In this document: piece after piece, positions 1 to 8,533 of the stretch | Layout of the letters: every line of letters begins with the position of its first letter | Position numbering within the stretch: the first letter of the stretch is position 1 | Assembly (NCBI RefSeq): GCF_000017845.1 | Contig: NC_010547.1 | Span: 30,001-62,000 of the forward strand | Source of the DNA: Crocosphaera subtropica ATCC 51142 | Lineage (GTDB): Bacteria > Cyanobacteriota > Cyanobacteriia > Cyanobacteriales > Microcystaceae | Length of the DNA: 32,000 nt | Reading direction: 5' to 3' | The notes under the pieces: generated by a model | Database searches by the model: none | Seen by the model: only the letters and a program-made list of their open reading frames with translations | Told to the model about the DNA's origin: nothing | Program-made: the position numbers and the translations under genes

Positions 1-1
1 T

Positions 2-1441
2 AATCAATTACAAATTGAGCAAGAAGGAAAAACATTAGAAATCCGTAGTATTGAAAATAAAGGAGACGGATTTATTGTTGTTAAAGTTAATGTGTCTCCT
101 GATGCTAATAAAGAACAGATTCATGATAGTTTCGTACAAAACTATGAACTAGCACTTAAGACAATTGAAGAAAAATACCAAGCCGAATTAAGGGGAAGAC
201 AAGGACAAATAGAACTCTATCGTCAACAATTAGAATACGAACGACAACATTACCGCAAACAAAATGCTAATTTACAAAAAATTATTGATTTACTCGCGAA
301 TCAACCCGTTAATGTATCTATTAATCTTCCCCAAGATGAGGTTGCCATAGCATCAAAAGAATCGATTGGTCAACTGTTTATTTTGACAATTAATCAGGGA
401 AGTTTAGAGCAAGGATTTTCTCCTGTGATTGGACAGATTTGGAGTCAAGGACGTTTATTACCGACTCAACATATCGGACAATTACCCCCAGCACCCGCTT
501 TAAAAGAACTCTATCAAGATTGGCTTTCAGTATATCAAAGTTTGAATGATAATTTTCGGACAATTCAACCCCTTCCTAGTAATACAAATGGATCTTGGCT
601 ATCTTTCACTGAAGCTTTTGAGGAATTGTTAAATAAATGGTTAAACTCTGATGAGTTTCGCCCCATCGATAAGCAGCTACGGGAAGTATTTAGTCGCTCT
701 GAAGAAATCCGAATTATTATTCAATCTCATGATTACTATATCAAAAGTTTTCCCTGGCATCTCTGGGATTTTTTGAAGTCCTATCGTCAAGCTGAAGTGG
801 CTTTTAATGAACCCTATTTTGAGCAGACAAATACTAAAGTTTCTCCAAGACATCTTGTCAGAATTTTAGCAATTTTTGGGAATAGTGAAGGTCTGAATTT
901 GGTCGAAGATAGACAAGTTTTAGAAAATTTATCTGAGCAAGCTATCATCGAATACTTAGTTGAACCGAGTTTCTTTGAGTTAAGTGAGACACTGCGTCAT
1001 TGTGAGGGATGGGATATTATTTGCTTTGCCGGACATAGTTATAGTTATGAACAAGGAAATCGGGGAATTATTCAAATTAACTCCAGAGAAAAATTAACCC
1101 TTGAACAACTAAAACACTCCTTAGAATTTGCGATTGAAAAGGGATTGAAATTAGCAATTTTTAATTCTTGTGATGGGTTAGGATTAGCACGACAAATGGC
1201 AAAAATGTCTATTCCTCAAGTCATTGTGATGCGCCAACCTGTACCAGATCGCGTGGCTCAAGTTTTTATTAAGAATTTTCTCAGTGCGTTTTTTCAAAAG
1301 AAATCTTTATACTGTTCTCTGAGAGAAGCGAGGGAAAGTTTACAGGGATTAGAAAGTGAATATCCTTGTGCAAGTTGGCTACCGATTATTTACCAAAATG
1401 TCTCCGAAATTCCCTTTAGTTTACAGAGTTTCAAGCAATAA
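2..1441 (+). CDS. CHAT-domain (caspase-like) protease, 5' end probably outside the window
   Basis: Track ORF 92..1441 starts at GTG, but the same frame has no stop back to nt 2 (NQLQIEQEGKTLEIRSIENKGDGFIVVKVN...), so the gene likely begins upstream. The C-terminal ~190 aa shows the CHAT His/Cys dyad context: CFAGHSY (His codon 1034-1036) and AIFNSCDG (Cys codon 1169-1171). A Q/E/R-rich coiled-coil-like stretch precedes it. Confidence 0.8.
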   Translation, partial: NQLQIEQEGKTLEIRSIENKGDGFIVVKVNVSPDANKEQIHDSFVQNYELALKTIEEKYQAELRGRQGQIELYRQQLEYERQHYRKQNANLQKIIDLLANQPVNVSINLPQDEVAIASKESIGQLFILTINQGSLEQGFSPVIGQIWSQGRLLPTQHIGQLPPAPALKELYQDWLSVYQSLNDNFRTIQPLPSNTNGSWLSFTEAFEELLNKWLNSDEFRPIDKQLREVFSRSEEIRIIIQSHDYYIKSFPWHLWDFLKSYRQAEVAFNEPYFEQTNTKVSPRHLVRILAIFGNSEGLNLVEDRQVLENLSEQAIIEYLVEPSFFELSETLRHCEGWDIICFAGHSYSYEQGNRGIIQINSREKLTLEQLKHSLEFAIEKGLKLAIFNSCDGLGLARQMAKMSIPQVIVMRQPVPDRVAQVFIKNFLSAFFQKKSLYCSLREARESLQGLESEYPCASWLPIIYQNVSEIPFSLQSFKQ

Positions 1442-1443
1442 GG

Positions 1444-2490
1444 CTAAACGATAAAAGATTCTAAAAAATTAGAATGTTCTAATTTAAGATAAATCTTAAA
1501 ATTATCACCAGGAGATGCGGTGAATTTTAATTGTAACCAATGATCTTCATCAGCTTTAGCCGCTAGATTTGGAATTTTATGATTGGATTGATCTAGTATC
1601 ATTAATTCGAGTTTTTTGGGTAAATAGATAGACTTATTGATTTTAGAAATGCGTAAATGAAGTTCTAATTTATTTTGAGCGATGCGTTGTTGTCTTATCT
1701 CTAAAGTCAAGGTTATATCAGGGGTTAAACTAATCTGTTTAATGCCACTGACCTCTGAATCATCTTCTTTTTCAGTAGTAAATTTTGTAGGTTTCCAATC
1801 ATGGAAAAATTGACCAGAAAACCATTTATCTAATTGAGTATTTGTTTGAGGAATTAACTGAACCGTTGAGGAAGTATTTACAATATTTTCTTCAAGAGAA
1901 TTGATGGAAAAGTATTCTTTAAAATTAATACTGTTAACTTCAATTTTAGTAATAAATTGATCACCTAATTCACTACTTAGTTGTAATTGAATTAAATTAT
2001 CTTGAGATTGAGTAGAAACTTGCTTAATAAGATTGCCAGCTTCATCTAATAGACTAAGTTTAAGTTGCTCTGGTAATGCTTTTTTATCGTCTGAAGAAAG
2101 AATTTGCAAGTGAATATTGTAGTGATCGAAGTCAATTGATTGAATAGTAACGCAAAAGATAATAAAGTCTTGCGTCAAATTGATTAATTTTGCTCTGGTA
2201 ACTGATGTTGTTTCTTGAGACGTATTACTGCGCCACGCAAACGCTGAGATTGTTTCTACAGGTTGCCAATTTTCTCCGAAAGAATTCTGAAACCATTGAC
2301 TTAAATTTTCCCATTTGTTTGTTTGAGAAATAGTTTTCAAACGAATATTGGTAATAGAAACACCTAATAATTTTTCAAGTTCTCCTGATTGCCAGAGTTG
2401 CTGTAAATATTCAAATGCTTCTGTTGTTCCTCTTAGTGTCAGTGAATTCTTGGGTTGATTTTCATTCATTTCCATCGTTGAATTCCTCAT
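1444..2490 (-). CDS. DUF1822-like protein built from two tandem modules
   Basis: 348-aa ORF with two ~130-aa internal repeats. Each has a W..W motif (NLSQWFQNSFGENWQP / LDKWFSGQFFHDWKP), then LP.L.L..LD (ALPEQLKLSLLDEAGN / YLPKKLELMILDQSNH), then G[DE].F...[IL] and a hydrophobic end (GDQFITKIEVN..KEYFSI / GDNFKIYLKLE..LESFIV). I recognise this pattern from the C-terminal half of cyanobacterial DUF1822 proteins (from memory, not searched). The start may be Met6 or Met8 (2475/2469). The ORF overlaps the upstream ORF. Confidence 0.6.
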   Translation of the reverse strand: MRNSTMEMNENQPKNSLTLRGTTEAFEYLQQLWQSGELEKLLGVSITNIRLKTISQTNKWENLSQWFQNSFGENWQPVETISAFAWRSNTSQETTSVTRAKLINLTQDFIIFCVTIQSIDFDHYNIHLQILSSDDKKALPEQLKLSLLDEAGNLIKQVSTQSQDNLIQLQLSSELGDQFITKIEVNSINFKEYFSINSLEENIVNTSSTVQLIPQTNTQLDKWFSGQFFHDWKPTKFTTEKEDDSEVSGIKQISLTPDITLTLEIRQQRIAQNKLELHLRISKINKSIYLPKKLELMILDQSNHKIPNLAAKADEDHWLQLKFTASPGDNFKIYLKLEHSNFLESFIV

Positions 2491-3148
2491 TGTTATTTAT
2501 CTCGATTTCTTGTAAGTCAACAAAGTCTATTTCATAGTGTTTTTTTAACTCCTCTAATAATTTGAATAGTTTAATAAGCTTCATTTTTTCTGGTGATTCA
2601 AGGGTGAATTCTTGAATATTTTTATCTTTTTGCTTTAATGTAAGAGGATAATTGAGTTTCAGATAAGTGAGAACTTGTACCCAAAATACTTTATTTTTAC
2701 ACAGAAAATCAGGATTTTGAAAATCAATAAATTCGGAAATAACTGGCTTGATTGACCTAGAAATATGGCTTTTGATATTATTCGTTTTCTTACGAATTTC
2801 TTCAGTCACAATTGTTTCTAGTGTAGCTTTGGAAGAGATAGATTGTCTGGCATACTTATTATAAAGATAAGCTTCGTATTTTTCCCTTGCAATTCCCTCA
2901 GCCTCAAAACCAGCTAGTAAATAGCAAATATATTCTTGATTAACTAGAGATAATTTTTTAATATCATCGCTTATATCCTGAAAAAAGAGACTAATGTCAA
3001 CTTCCCAAATTTTTTTGACGTCTTGGCAGATTTGACACATTAGAAATAGGGTTGGAACAAAATCTTCTTTGTCTATCTTAATCATGGAAGACCCATTTGA
3101 AACATTAATTCTGACAACTATCGTTGACTTAATTTTTTCAGTTGACAC
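2462..3148 (-). CDS. hypothetical protein, no recognisable domain
   Basis: 228-aa ORF from GTG 3148 (alternative ATG at 3085, MIKIDKEDF). K/E/I-rich and encoded by very AT-rich DNA. Its 3' end overlaps the next minus-strand ORF by 8-29 nt, implying one operon. Confidence 0.55.
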   Translation of the reverse strand: MSTEKIKSTIVVRINVSNGSSMIKIDKEDFVPTLFLMCQICQDVKKIWEVDISLFFQDISDDIKKLSLVNQEYICYLLAGFEAEGIAREKYEAYLYNKYARQSISSKATLETIVTEEIRKKTNNIKSHISRSIKPVISEFIDFQNPDFLCKNKVFWVQVLTYLKLNYPLTLKQKDKNIQEFTLESPEKMKLIKLFKLLEELKKHYEIDFVDLQEIEINNNEEFNDGNE

Positions 3149-3162
3149 AACGAGCGTTGTGT
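3145..3162. promoter_or_regulatory. perfect 18-bp palindrome ACACAACG-AG-CGTTGTGT in the divergent control region
   Basis: Read directly: 8-bp arms with a 2-nt spacer. It is overlapped by a TTGACA hexamer (3142-3147) and by the GTG start proposed for the 228-aa ORF. Confidence 0.4.
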
Positions 3163-3337
3163 TCCTTCTTTGCCCTCTTCCTTAATAATTATAGAAAGAT
3201 TAGCCTATCTAGTAAATCTATCTACATTTTATACAAAACGAACCACTGTCAGCTAATCCTAAACATAGCAGATTGTCCTTATAACTTCCCAAGTTTAACC
3301 ATTTATATTTTGTCAACCTTATCCTATAGTATGTGAT

Positions 3338-6300
3338 ATGAACCCTCAAGAGACAATTAACTGGATAAAAGCTCAGAGGAATAAACCATTGAGTTATCTA
3401 CAAAAAACTATCTTGCTCAAAAGTTGGGAAGGAAGAAAGTACGAGCAAATTGCGCAAGAAACTGGCTACGATTCAGAATATGTAAAAGATACAGGATATC
3501 GCTTATGGAGGTTGCTTTCCGAACTTCTTGGAGAACAAGTAAACAAAAAGAATTTTAAAGCTCACTTAGAACAATATAATCATTCGAGTTTCATTCCTAA
3601 ATCCTATCATAATTGGGGAAATGCGCCAGATTTACCGAACTTCTTTGGACGCACTCAAGAATTAGAAACTTTAAAACAATGGATTTTACAAGAAAGATGT
3701 CAGTTAATTGCTATTGTTGGATTGGCTGGCATTGGCAAAACCCAACTGTCAGTTAAGTTGGGAAAAGGTGGAATTGGAAAAACTGAGTTATCACTAAAAT
3801 TAGCTCGTAGCATTAAAGAAGAATTTGACTATATAATTTGGCGAAGTCTGCTCAATGCTCCCTCTGTAACTGATATAATTAGTGACCTTATTAAATATCT
3901 CTCCAATCAACAAGAAGTTACTCCGCCAAAAACCTTAAATGCTCAAATTTTGCAATTGCTTTCCTATTTACAAAAGTATCGTTGTTTAATCATTCTTGAT
4001 AATGCAGAAACCCTTCTACAAAAAGAAACGAATACCCTAAAATATCTTCAAGGATATGAAGGATATGGTCAGCTATTCGAGACAATCGGACAAGTTGCTC
4101 ATCAAAGTTGTTTCTTATTAACCAGTCGAGAAAAACCACAAACAATCTGTCAACTAACAGCCAAAATAAATACAGTTCGGTTTCTAGAATTACAAGGACT
4201 AAATTATTTAGAAGGACAAAAAATTTTTAAAAATATTGAAGATCCCAAATTTCCTTATATTGGATCAGAGCAAGAATGGAAAGAAGTTATTGATCTTTAT
4301 AATGGAAATCCCCTTGCTCTCAAACTGACGGCTCACCATATTAAAGAAGTCTTTTTTGGAAATATTGCTAATTTTCTCCAAAAAGGTAAACTAATTTTTA
4401 ACGATCTTCAAGAGTTATTGAACTGGCATTTTGAGCGTCTTTCTCTTCAAGAAAAAGAAATTATAATTTGGCTAGGGAATAATCGTGAATCTACGTCCTT
4501 GGAGCAACTCACAGAAGATTTAGTTTCTTCAAACGCCAAAGCACAAGTTGCCAGTAATCTACAATCATTACAACGGCGAATTCCCTTAGAAAAAAGTTTA
4601 ACTGGCTTTAGTTTACAACCAGTATTAATTGAATATATTACCGAAATTTTAATTGAAGAAGTTAGTGAAGAAATTATCCAAGGTAACATTGAAACATTAA
4701 ATCGCTATGCTTTACTAAGAGCGTTAGGAAAAGACTATCTCAGAGAAACACATATTCGTTTAATTCTTAAGCCAATTTTTGAACGACTTCTTGAATACTG
4801 GGGAGAACAAACTGCGCTAGAAAACCAGATTAAACAGATACTCGAAAAAATGCAATCGCAATCCTTTGTTGGTTATGGTGTTGGAAATTTACTCAACCTA
4901 CTTTGCCAAATGAATGCTGATTTGAAAGGGTATGATTTTTCTGGTTTAGAAATTCGGCAAGCCTATCTTCAAGGTATGAACTTAGCTCATGTTAACTTTA
5001 TCAATGCTGAGTTTAGCAAAACCGTTTTTACACAATCCTTTGGGGGGATTCATGGATTAGCGTTTAGTCCCGATGGTCAACGGTTAGCCGCTGGAGATTC
5101 TCAGGGGAAAATTCGGATCTTTCGAGTGGTAGATGGACAACAAATTCTAACCCTTGGTACGCATCGTTGGTGGACAGTTTCTGTTTCTTTTAGTCCTGAT
5201 GGCCAAAAATTGGTGAGTAGCAGTTTAGATCCCACGGTTAAATTATGGGATTTACAAACGGGTCAATGTCTTCATAATTTACAAGGACACAGTAAATATG
5301 TTTGGTCAGTGATCTATAGTCCCGATGGCCGAATCATTGCTAGTGCTAGTGATGACGAAACGATTAAACTGTGGGATAGTAACACAGGTCAATGCCTTAA
5401 AACCTTAACCGGTCATACTGATTGGGTTGTCGGAGTAGCTTTTAGTAGAGATAGTCAACATTTAATCAGTGGTAGTTATGACAATGACATTAAATTATGG
5501 GATATTGCGACAGGAAAATGTTTAAAAACTTTCCAAGGACACCAAGATGCGGTTTGGATAGTCAATTTTAGTTCTGATGGTCAAACTATCTTCAGTTCAA
5601 GTTGCGATAAGACTGTAAAAATCTGGAATGTTAGTACAGGAGAATGTCTCAAGACTTTACGGGGACACGCTAAAGAAATTAAAGCCATGTCTGTTAGTCC
5701 CGATGGAAATACTATTGTTAGTGGCTGTTTTGAACCAACTGTAAAGCTTTGGGATGCTAAGACAGGTAAATGTCTGAATACATTGCTTGGACATTTGACA
5801 GGAATACGAACTGTAGCTTTTAGTCCTGATGGTCAAATTGTAGCCACAGGCGATAATGACCAAACAATCAAGCTATGGAAAATTAAAACAGGAGAATGCT
5901 TACAGACTTGGCAAGGATACACTAACTGGATGTGGTCAGTTGCTTTTAGTTCTGATGGTCGAACCGTCGTTAGTGGGGGTGTCGATAAAATTTTGAGGCT
6001 TTGGGATATTCAAACAGGAAGATGTTTAAAGTCCTTAAGTGGACATGAGGCATGGATTTGGTCAGTAAATATTAGTGCTGATGGTCGCATAGTTGCCAGT
6101 AGTGGTGATGATGAAACCATCAGACTTTGGGATATAAAAACGGGACAATGTATCAGGACTCTACGACATTCAGTTGATCACTATCAAGGTGGAACTTGGG
6201 CAGTTGCCTTTAGTCTCAATGGTCAATATATTGCTAGTGGTTCTCAAGACTCCCTGGTGAAGCTTTGGGATGTACAGACGGGTGAACTGATTACAATTTT

Positions 6301-6907
6301 TGATGAGCATAAAAATTGGATTTGGTCTGTGGCGTTTAGTCCCGATAGTAAGATTTTAGCCAGTGGTAGCGATGACCAAACGATTAAACTTTGGGACATT
6401 AAAACAAAAAAGTGTATCAATACTTTAACTGGACACACTAATAAAGTTAGATCGATTGCTTTCGGTAATAATAGTCAATTTTTAGTCAGTGGAAGCGAGG
6501 ATCATACTGTTAAATTATGGGATATTACAACTGGAGATTGCTTAAAAACGTTTGAAGGACATCAAGGATGGATTTGGTCAGTAGATTTTAGTGCCAATGG
6601 TAAATATATTGCTAGTGCTAGTGAAGATACAACCGTTAAATTGTGGAATGTCGCTACAAGAGAATGTCTCTATACTTTTAGGGGACATAAAGGATTAGTC
6701 AGATCAACAGCTTTTAGTGCTGATAGTAAAGTGGTTCTTACTGGCAGCACTGATGGCACTCTTAAACTATGGGATGTCGTTACTGGTGAATGTTTGAAGA
6801 CTATGCAAGCATCTAGACCCTATGAAGGGATGAATATTACTGGAGTTAAAGGCCTTACGCAAGCACAAAAAATGATACTTAAAGATTTAGGAGCGGTAGA
6901 AAAGTAA
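3338..6907 (+). CDS. STAND NTPase: N-terminal HTH + NB-ARC/AP-ATPase + 14 WD40 repeats
   Basis: 1189-aa ORF. aa 1-75 form an HTH resembling sigma-70 region 4/LuxR ([40 protein letters not shown]). aa 120-330 carry NB-ARC-type motifs: Walker A GLAGIGKT plus a second GKGGIGKT, Walker [24 protein letters not shown]. aa 568-1147 are 14 WD40 repeats. Confidence 0.93.
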   Translation: MNPQETINWIKAQRNKPLSYLQKTILLKSWEGRKYEQIAQETGYDSEYVKDTGYRLWRLLSELLGEQVNKKNFKAHLEQYNHSSFIPKSYHNWGNAPDLPNFFGRTQELETLKQWILQERCQLIAIVGLAGIGKTQLSVKLGKGGIGKTELSLKLARSIKEEFDYIIWRSLLNAPSVTDIISDLIKYLSNQQEVTPPKTLNAQILQLLSYLQKYRCLIILDNAETLLQKETNTLKYLQGYEGYGQLFETIGQVAHQSCFLLTSREKPQTICQLTAKINTVRFLELQGLNYLEGQKIFKNIEDPKFPYIGSEQEWKEVIDLYNGNPLALKLTAHHIKEVFFGNIANFLQKGKLIFNDLQELLNWHFERLSLQEKEIIIWLGNNRESTSLEQLTEDLVSSNAKAQVASNLQSLQRRIPLEKSLTGFSLQPVLIEYITEILIEEVSEEIIQGNIETLNRYALLRALGKDYLRETHIRLILKPIFERLLEYWGEQTALENQIKQILEKMQSQSFVGYGVGNLLNLLCQMNADLKGYDFSGLEIRQAYLQGMNLAHVNFINAEFSKTVFTQSFGGIHGLAFSPDGQRLAAGDSQGKIRIFRVVDGQQILTLGTHRWWTVSVSFSPDGQKLVSSSLDPTVKLWDLQTGQCLHNLQGHSKYVWSVIYSPDGRIIASASDDETIKLWDSNTGQCLKTLTGHTDWVVGVAFSRDSQHLISGSYDNDIKLWDIATGKCLKTFQGHQDAVWIVNFSSDGQTIFSSSCDKTVKIWNVSTGECLKTLRGHAKEIKAMSVSPDGNTIVSGCFEPTVKLWDAKTGKCLNTLLGHLTGIRTVAFSPDGQIVATGDNDQTIKLWKIKTGECLQTWQGYTNWMWSVAFSSDGRTVVSGGVDKILRLWDIQTGRCLKSLSGHEAWIWSVNISADGRIVASSGDDETIRLWDIKTGQCIRTLRHSVDHYQGGTWAVAFSLNGQYIASGSQDSLVKLWDVQTGELITIFDEHKNWIWSVAFSPDSKILASGSDDQTIKLWDIKTKKCINTLTGHTNKVRSIAFGNNSQFLVSGSEDHTVKLWDITTGDCLKTFEGHQGWIWSVDFSANGKYIASASEDTTVKLWNVATRECLYTFRGHKGLVRSTAFSADSKVVLTGSTDGTLKLWDVVTGECLKTMQASRPYEGMNITGVKGLTQAQKMILKDLGAVEK
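5039..6778 (+). repeat. 14 tandem WD40-coding repeats (~126-nt period), enough for two 7-bladed propellers
   Basis: Fourteen units of the form ..FSPDG..[IL][AV]S.S.D.T[IV]KLWD..TG.C..T..GH.. were counted in the translation from [13 protein letters not shown] to TLKLWDV. Confidence 0.9.
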
Positions 6908-7069
6908 TTACTTTGAATTTGAAGGAGATTTTTTTTCCAAATCTTTACATTCGTTATTTAAACATTCTTCTCCCCAAAGCTGAGTCAGTCTCACTAAGTA
7001 GTAACTTTGCTCATCAACAGCTTTTTTATCCAGATGGCTATAATACCTTTGAAGTTCTTTCTTGTTCAT
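6908..7069 (-). CDS. possible small protein (53 aa), unknown function
   Basis: Hand-translated ATG 7069 to TAA 6908: MNKKELQRYYSHLDKKAVDEQSYYLVRLTQLWGEECLNNECKDLEKKSPSNSK. It is below the ORF-track size cutoff. Its stop abuts the stop of the WD40 gene (6905-6907). No clear Shine-Dalgarno. Confidence 0.25.
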   Translation of the reverse strand: MNKKELQRYYSHLDKKAVDEQSYYLVRLTQLWGEECLNNECKDLEKKSPSNSK

Positions 7070-7122
7070 GATTTTTATTCACTGATGTTTTTACCTACTT
7101 TATTGATGCCAAATTGTAGTTT

Positions 7123-7160
7123 GGGCATTAAATCAAATCTTAATATCTAATTTAATGCCC
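7123..7160. repeat. perfect 11-bp inverted repeat GGGCATTAAAT / ATTTAATGCCC with a 16-nt loop
   Basis: Read directly. A third partial copy (GATGCCAAA, 7105-7113) can pair with TTTGGGCAT (7120-7128) as a mutually exclusive alternative hairpin. Confidence 0.6.
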
Positions 7161-7194
7161 ATCGCTAAAAAACGAAAAACTACAAAAAATTACC

Positions 7195-8226
7195 TTACAA
7201 AGTTCGCTTTTTGAACTTTGAAGCTAATCCTAATCCACCCATTGCTAGAAAACTGAGAACAGTACCAGGTTCAGGAACAGACTCTGGATTCGGTTCTGGT
7301 TCATCTGAACTTTCAGAAAAAACTAAACCTGTGGGTGTTGTGATCCCACTGGCAAAAGTTCCAACAGGGATATCGTTCTCTACGTCAAACTCAAATACTT
7401 GACCTCCAAAGAAACTCGTTGCAAACAAGTTGCCATTGGGTCCAAAGGCAAGACCTCCAACGGCAAAACCACTAGCTCCGCTAACAGTTCCTAGAAAATT
7501 ACCACTACTGTCATATTTCAGTATATTCCTACTTCTTGATGCAACAAAGAGATTGCCATTAGAATCAAAGCTAAAATCACTAGGATCTAAAAATAGGGAA
7601 CTATCGCTAGGATTGGCTTGACCAAAAATTCCCAGGAAATTCCCATCAGGATCATATTCTAGTATCCCTTCAAATGTAACTGTAAATAAATTTCCATTAG
7701 GACCAAAAGACAAGTCTTCTGGTCCATCTAAAGAGTTATTAATATCTCCGCCAGTAGTGGCAAAAACACCAAGAAGATTACCGTTACTATCGTACTCCAA
7801 TATTTGATCTCGCAAACCATCAGAAACAAATAAATTTCCATTAGAATCGAAGTCTAAGCCAGTAGGAACGAATGGGAATGGACCGGGACCACTACCTGCT
7901 TGATCAGCATCAACAAACACACCGAGAAACGTTCCGTTTTCTCCATCAAATTCTAGTATATTTGAATCACCGCCACTAGTTACAAAGAGATTTCCATTAG
8001 GACCTATGATTAAAGAGTTAGGCCCATCTAAATCACTATCTGTACGATTAGCTTCGCCGAAAACCCCCAGCAAAGTTCCGTCATCATTGTATTCTAGTAT
8101 TTCACCATTATTAAGTGAACTAATAAATAAAGATGAAGCATCAGCGGGTTTGATGGCTAAAATTGTCAACATGGGTAAAAAAATAGATACCCACATATTA
8201 GCTATAACCGAAGCATTTTTACTCAT
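7195..8226 (-). CDS. PEP-CTERM-anchored secreted beta-propeller (NHL/SMP-30-like repeats)
   Basis: 343-aa ORF with a signal-like N-terminus (MSKNASVIANMWVSIFLPMLTILAIKPADA). About six repeats of GPNGNLF...ILE[YF]D..G.[FL]LG[VIT]F. C-terminal VPEPGTVLSFLAMGGLGLASKFKKR is a PEP-CTERM sorting signal. Confidence 0.85.
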   Translation of the reverse strand: MSKNASVIANMWVSIFLPMLTILAIKPADASSLFISSLNNGEILEYNDDGTLLGVFGEANRTDSDLDGPNSLIIGPNGNLFVTSGGDSNILEFDGENGTFLGVFVDADQAGSGPGPFPFVPTGLDFDSNGNLFVSDGLRDQILEYDSNGNLLGVFATTGGDINNSLDGPEDLSFGPNGNLFTVTFEGILEYDPDGNFLGIFGQANPSDSSLFLDPSDFSFDSNGNLFVASRSRNILKYDSSGNFLGTVSGASGFAVGGLAFGPNGNLFATSFFGGQVFEFDVENDIPVGTFASGITTPTGLVFSESSDEPEPNPESVPEPGTVLSFLAMGGLGLASKFKKRTL

Positions 8227-8533
8227 TTTCTTTGATTCTCCTCAATTGAAAAAAGACAACTTGACTAATTGATTTAGCTCTCTATTGCCGATGCAAAATC
8301 TTTGAGAGATTATTACATAGGCAATTACCCTGGAATTCTCATTCAAATTCTCAAATACTTCAAGGCAAAAAAGTCAGAAAAAAAGGTCATAAAAGTCATA
8401 GATTAATTAGTTTAAAGTGATTATTCATGATAAGATAAAGCCTTAAATATGACAGATTTTTGAGATACTTTCCAAGTATGCAATGGTGGTCTGGAAATTA
8501 CTTAAAACTTTGCTGTTTTTCACTCCTTGAGTT

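Noticed and set aside
3142-3336. 64-aa plus-strand ORF filling the divergent spacer before the WD40 gene
   Set aside because: It starts inside the palindrome/promoter region, has no RBS and shows odd composition. The space is more plausibly regulatory DNA.
3302-3338. Possible leaderless mRNA for the STAND gene (TATAGT at 3325-3330, 7 nt before ATG 3338, no Shine-Dalgarno)
   Set aside because: The only -35 candidate at proper spacing (TTTATA) is poor, and TTGTCA at 3310 is only 9 nt from the -10. This cannot be supported without TSS data.
5039-6778. Regular ~126-nt periodic repeats that could be mistaken for a CRISPR or other non-coding array
   Set aside because: The periodicity lies within one long ORF and translates into canonical WD40 blades. 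There are no short identical direct repeats separated by unique spacers. No CRISPR array was seen anywhere in the window.
7211-8272. Three plus-strand ORFs (7211..7402, 7430..7621, 8006..8272) inside the PEP-CTERM propeller gene
   Set aside because: They are antisense to a well-supported repeat gene, have no start-site signals, and translate to low-complexity sequence.
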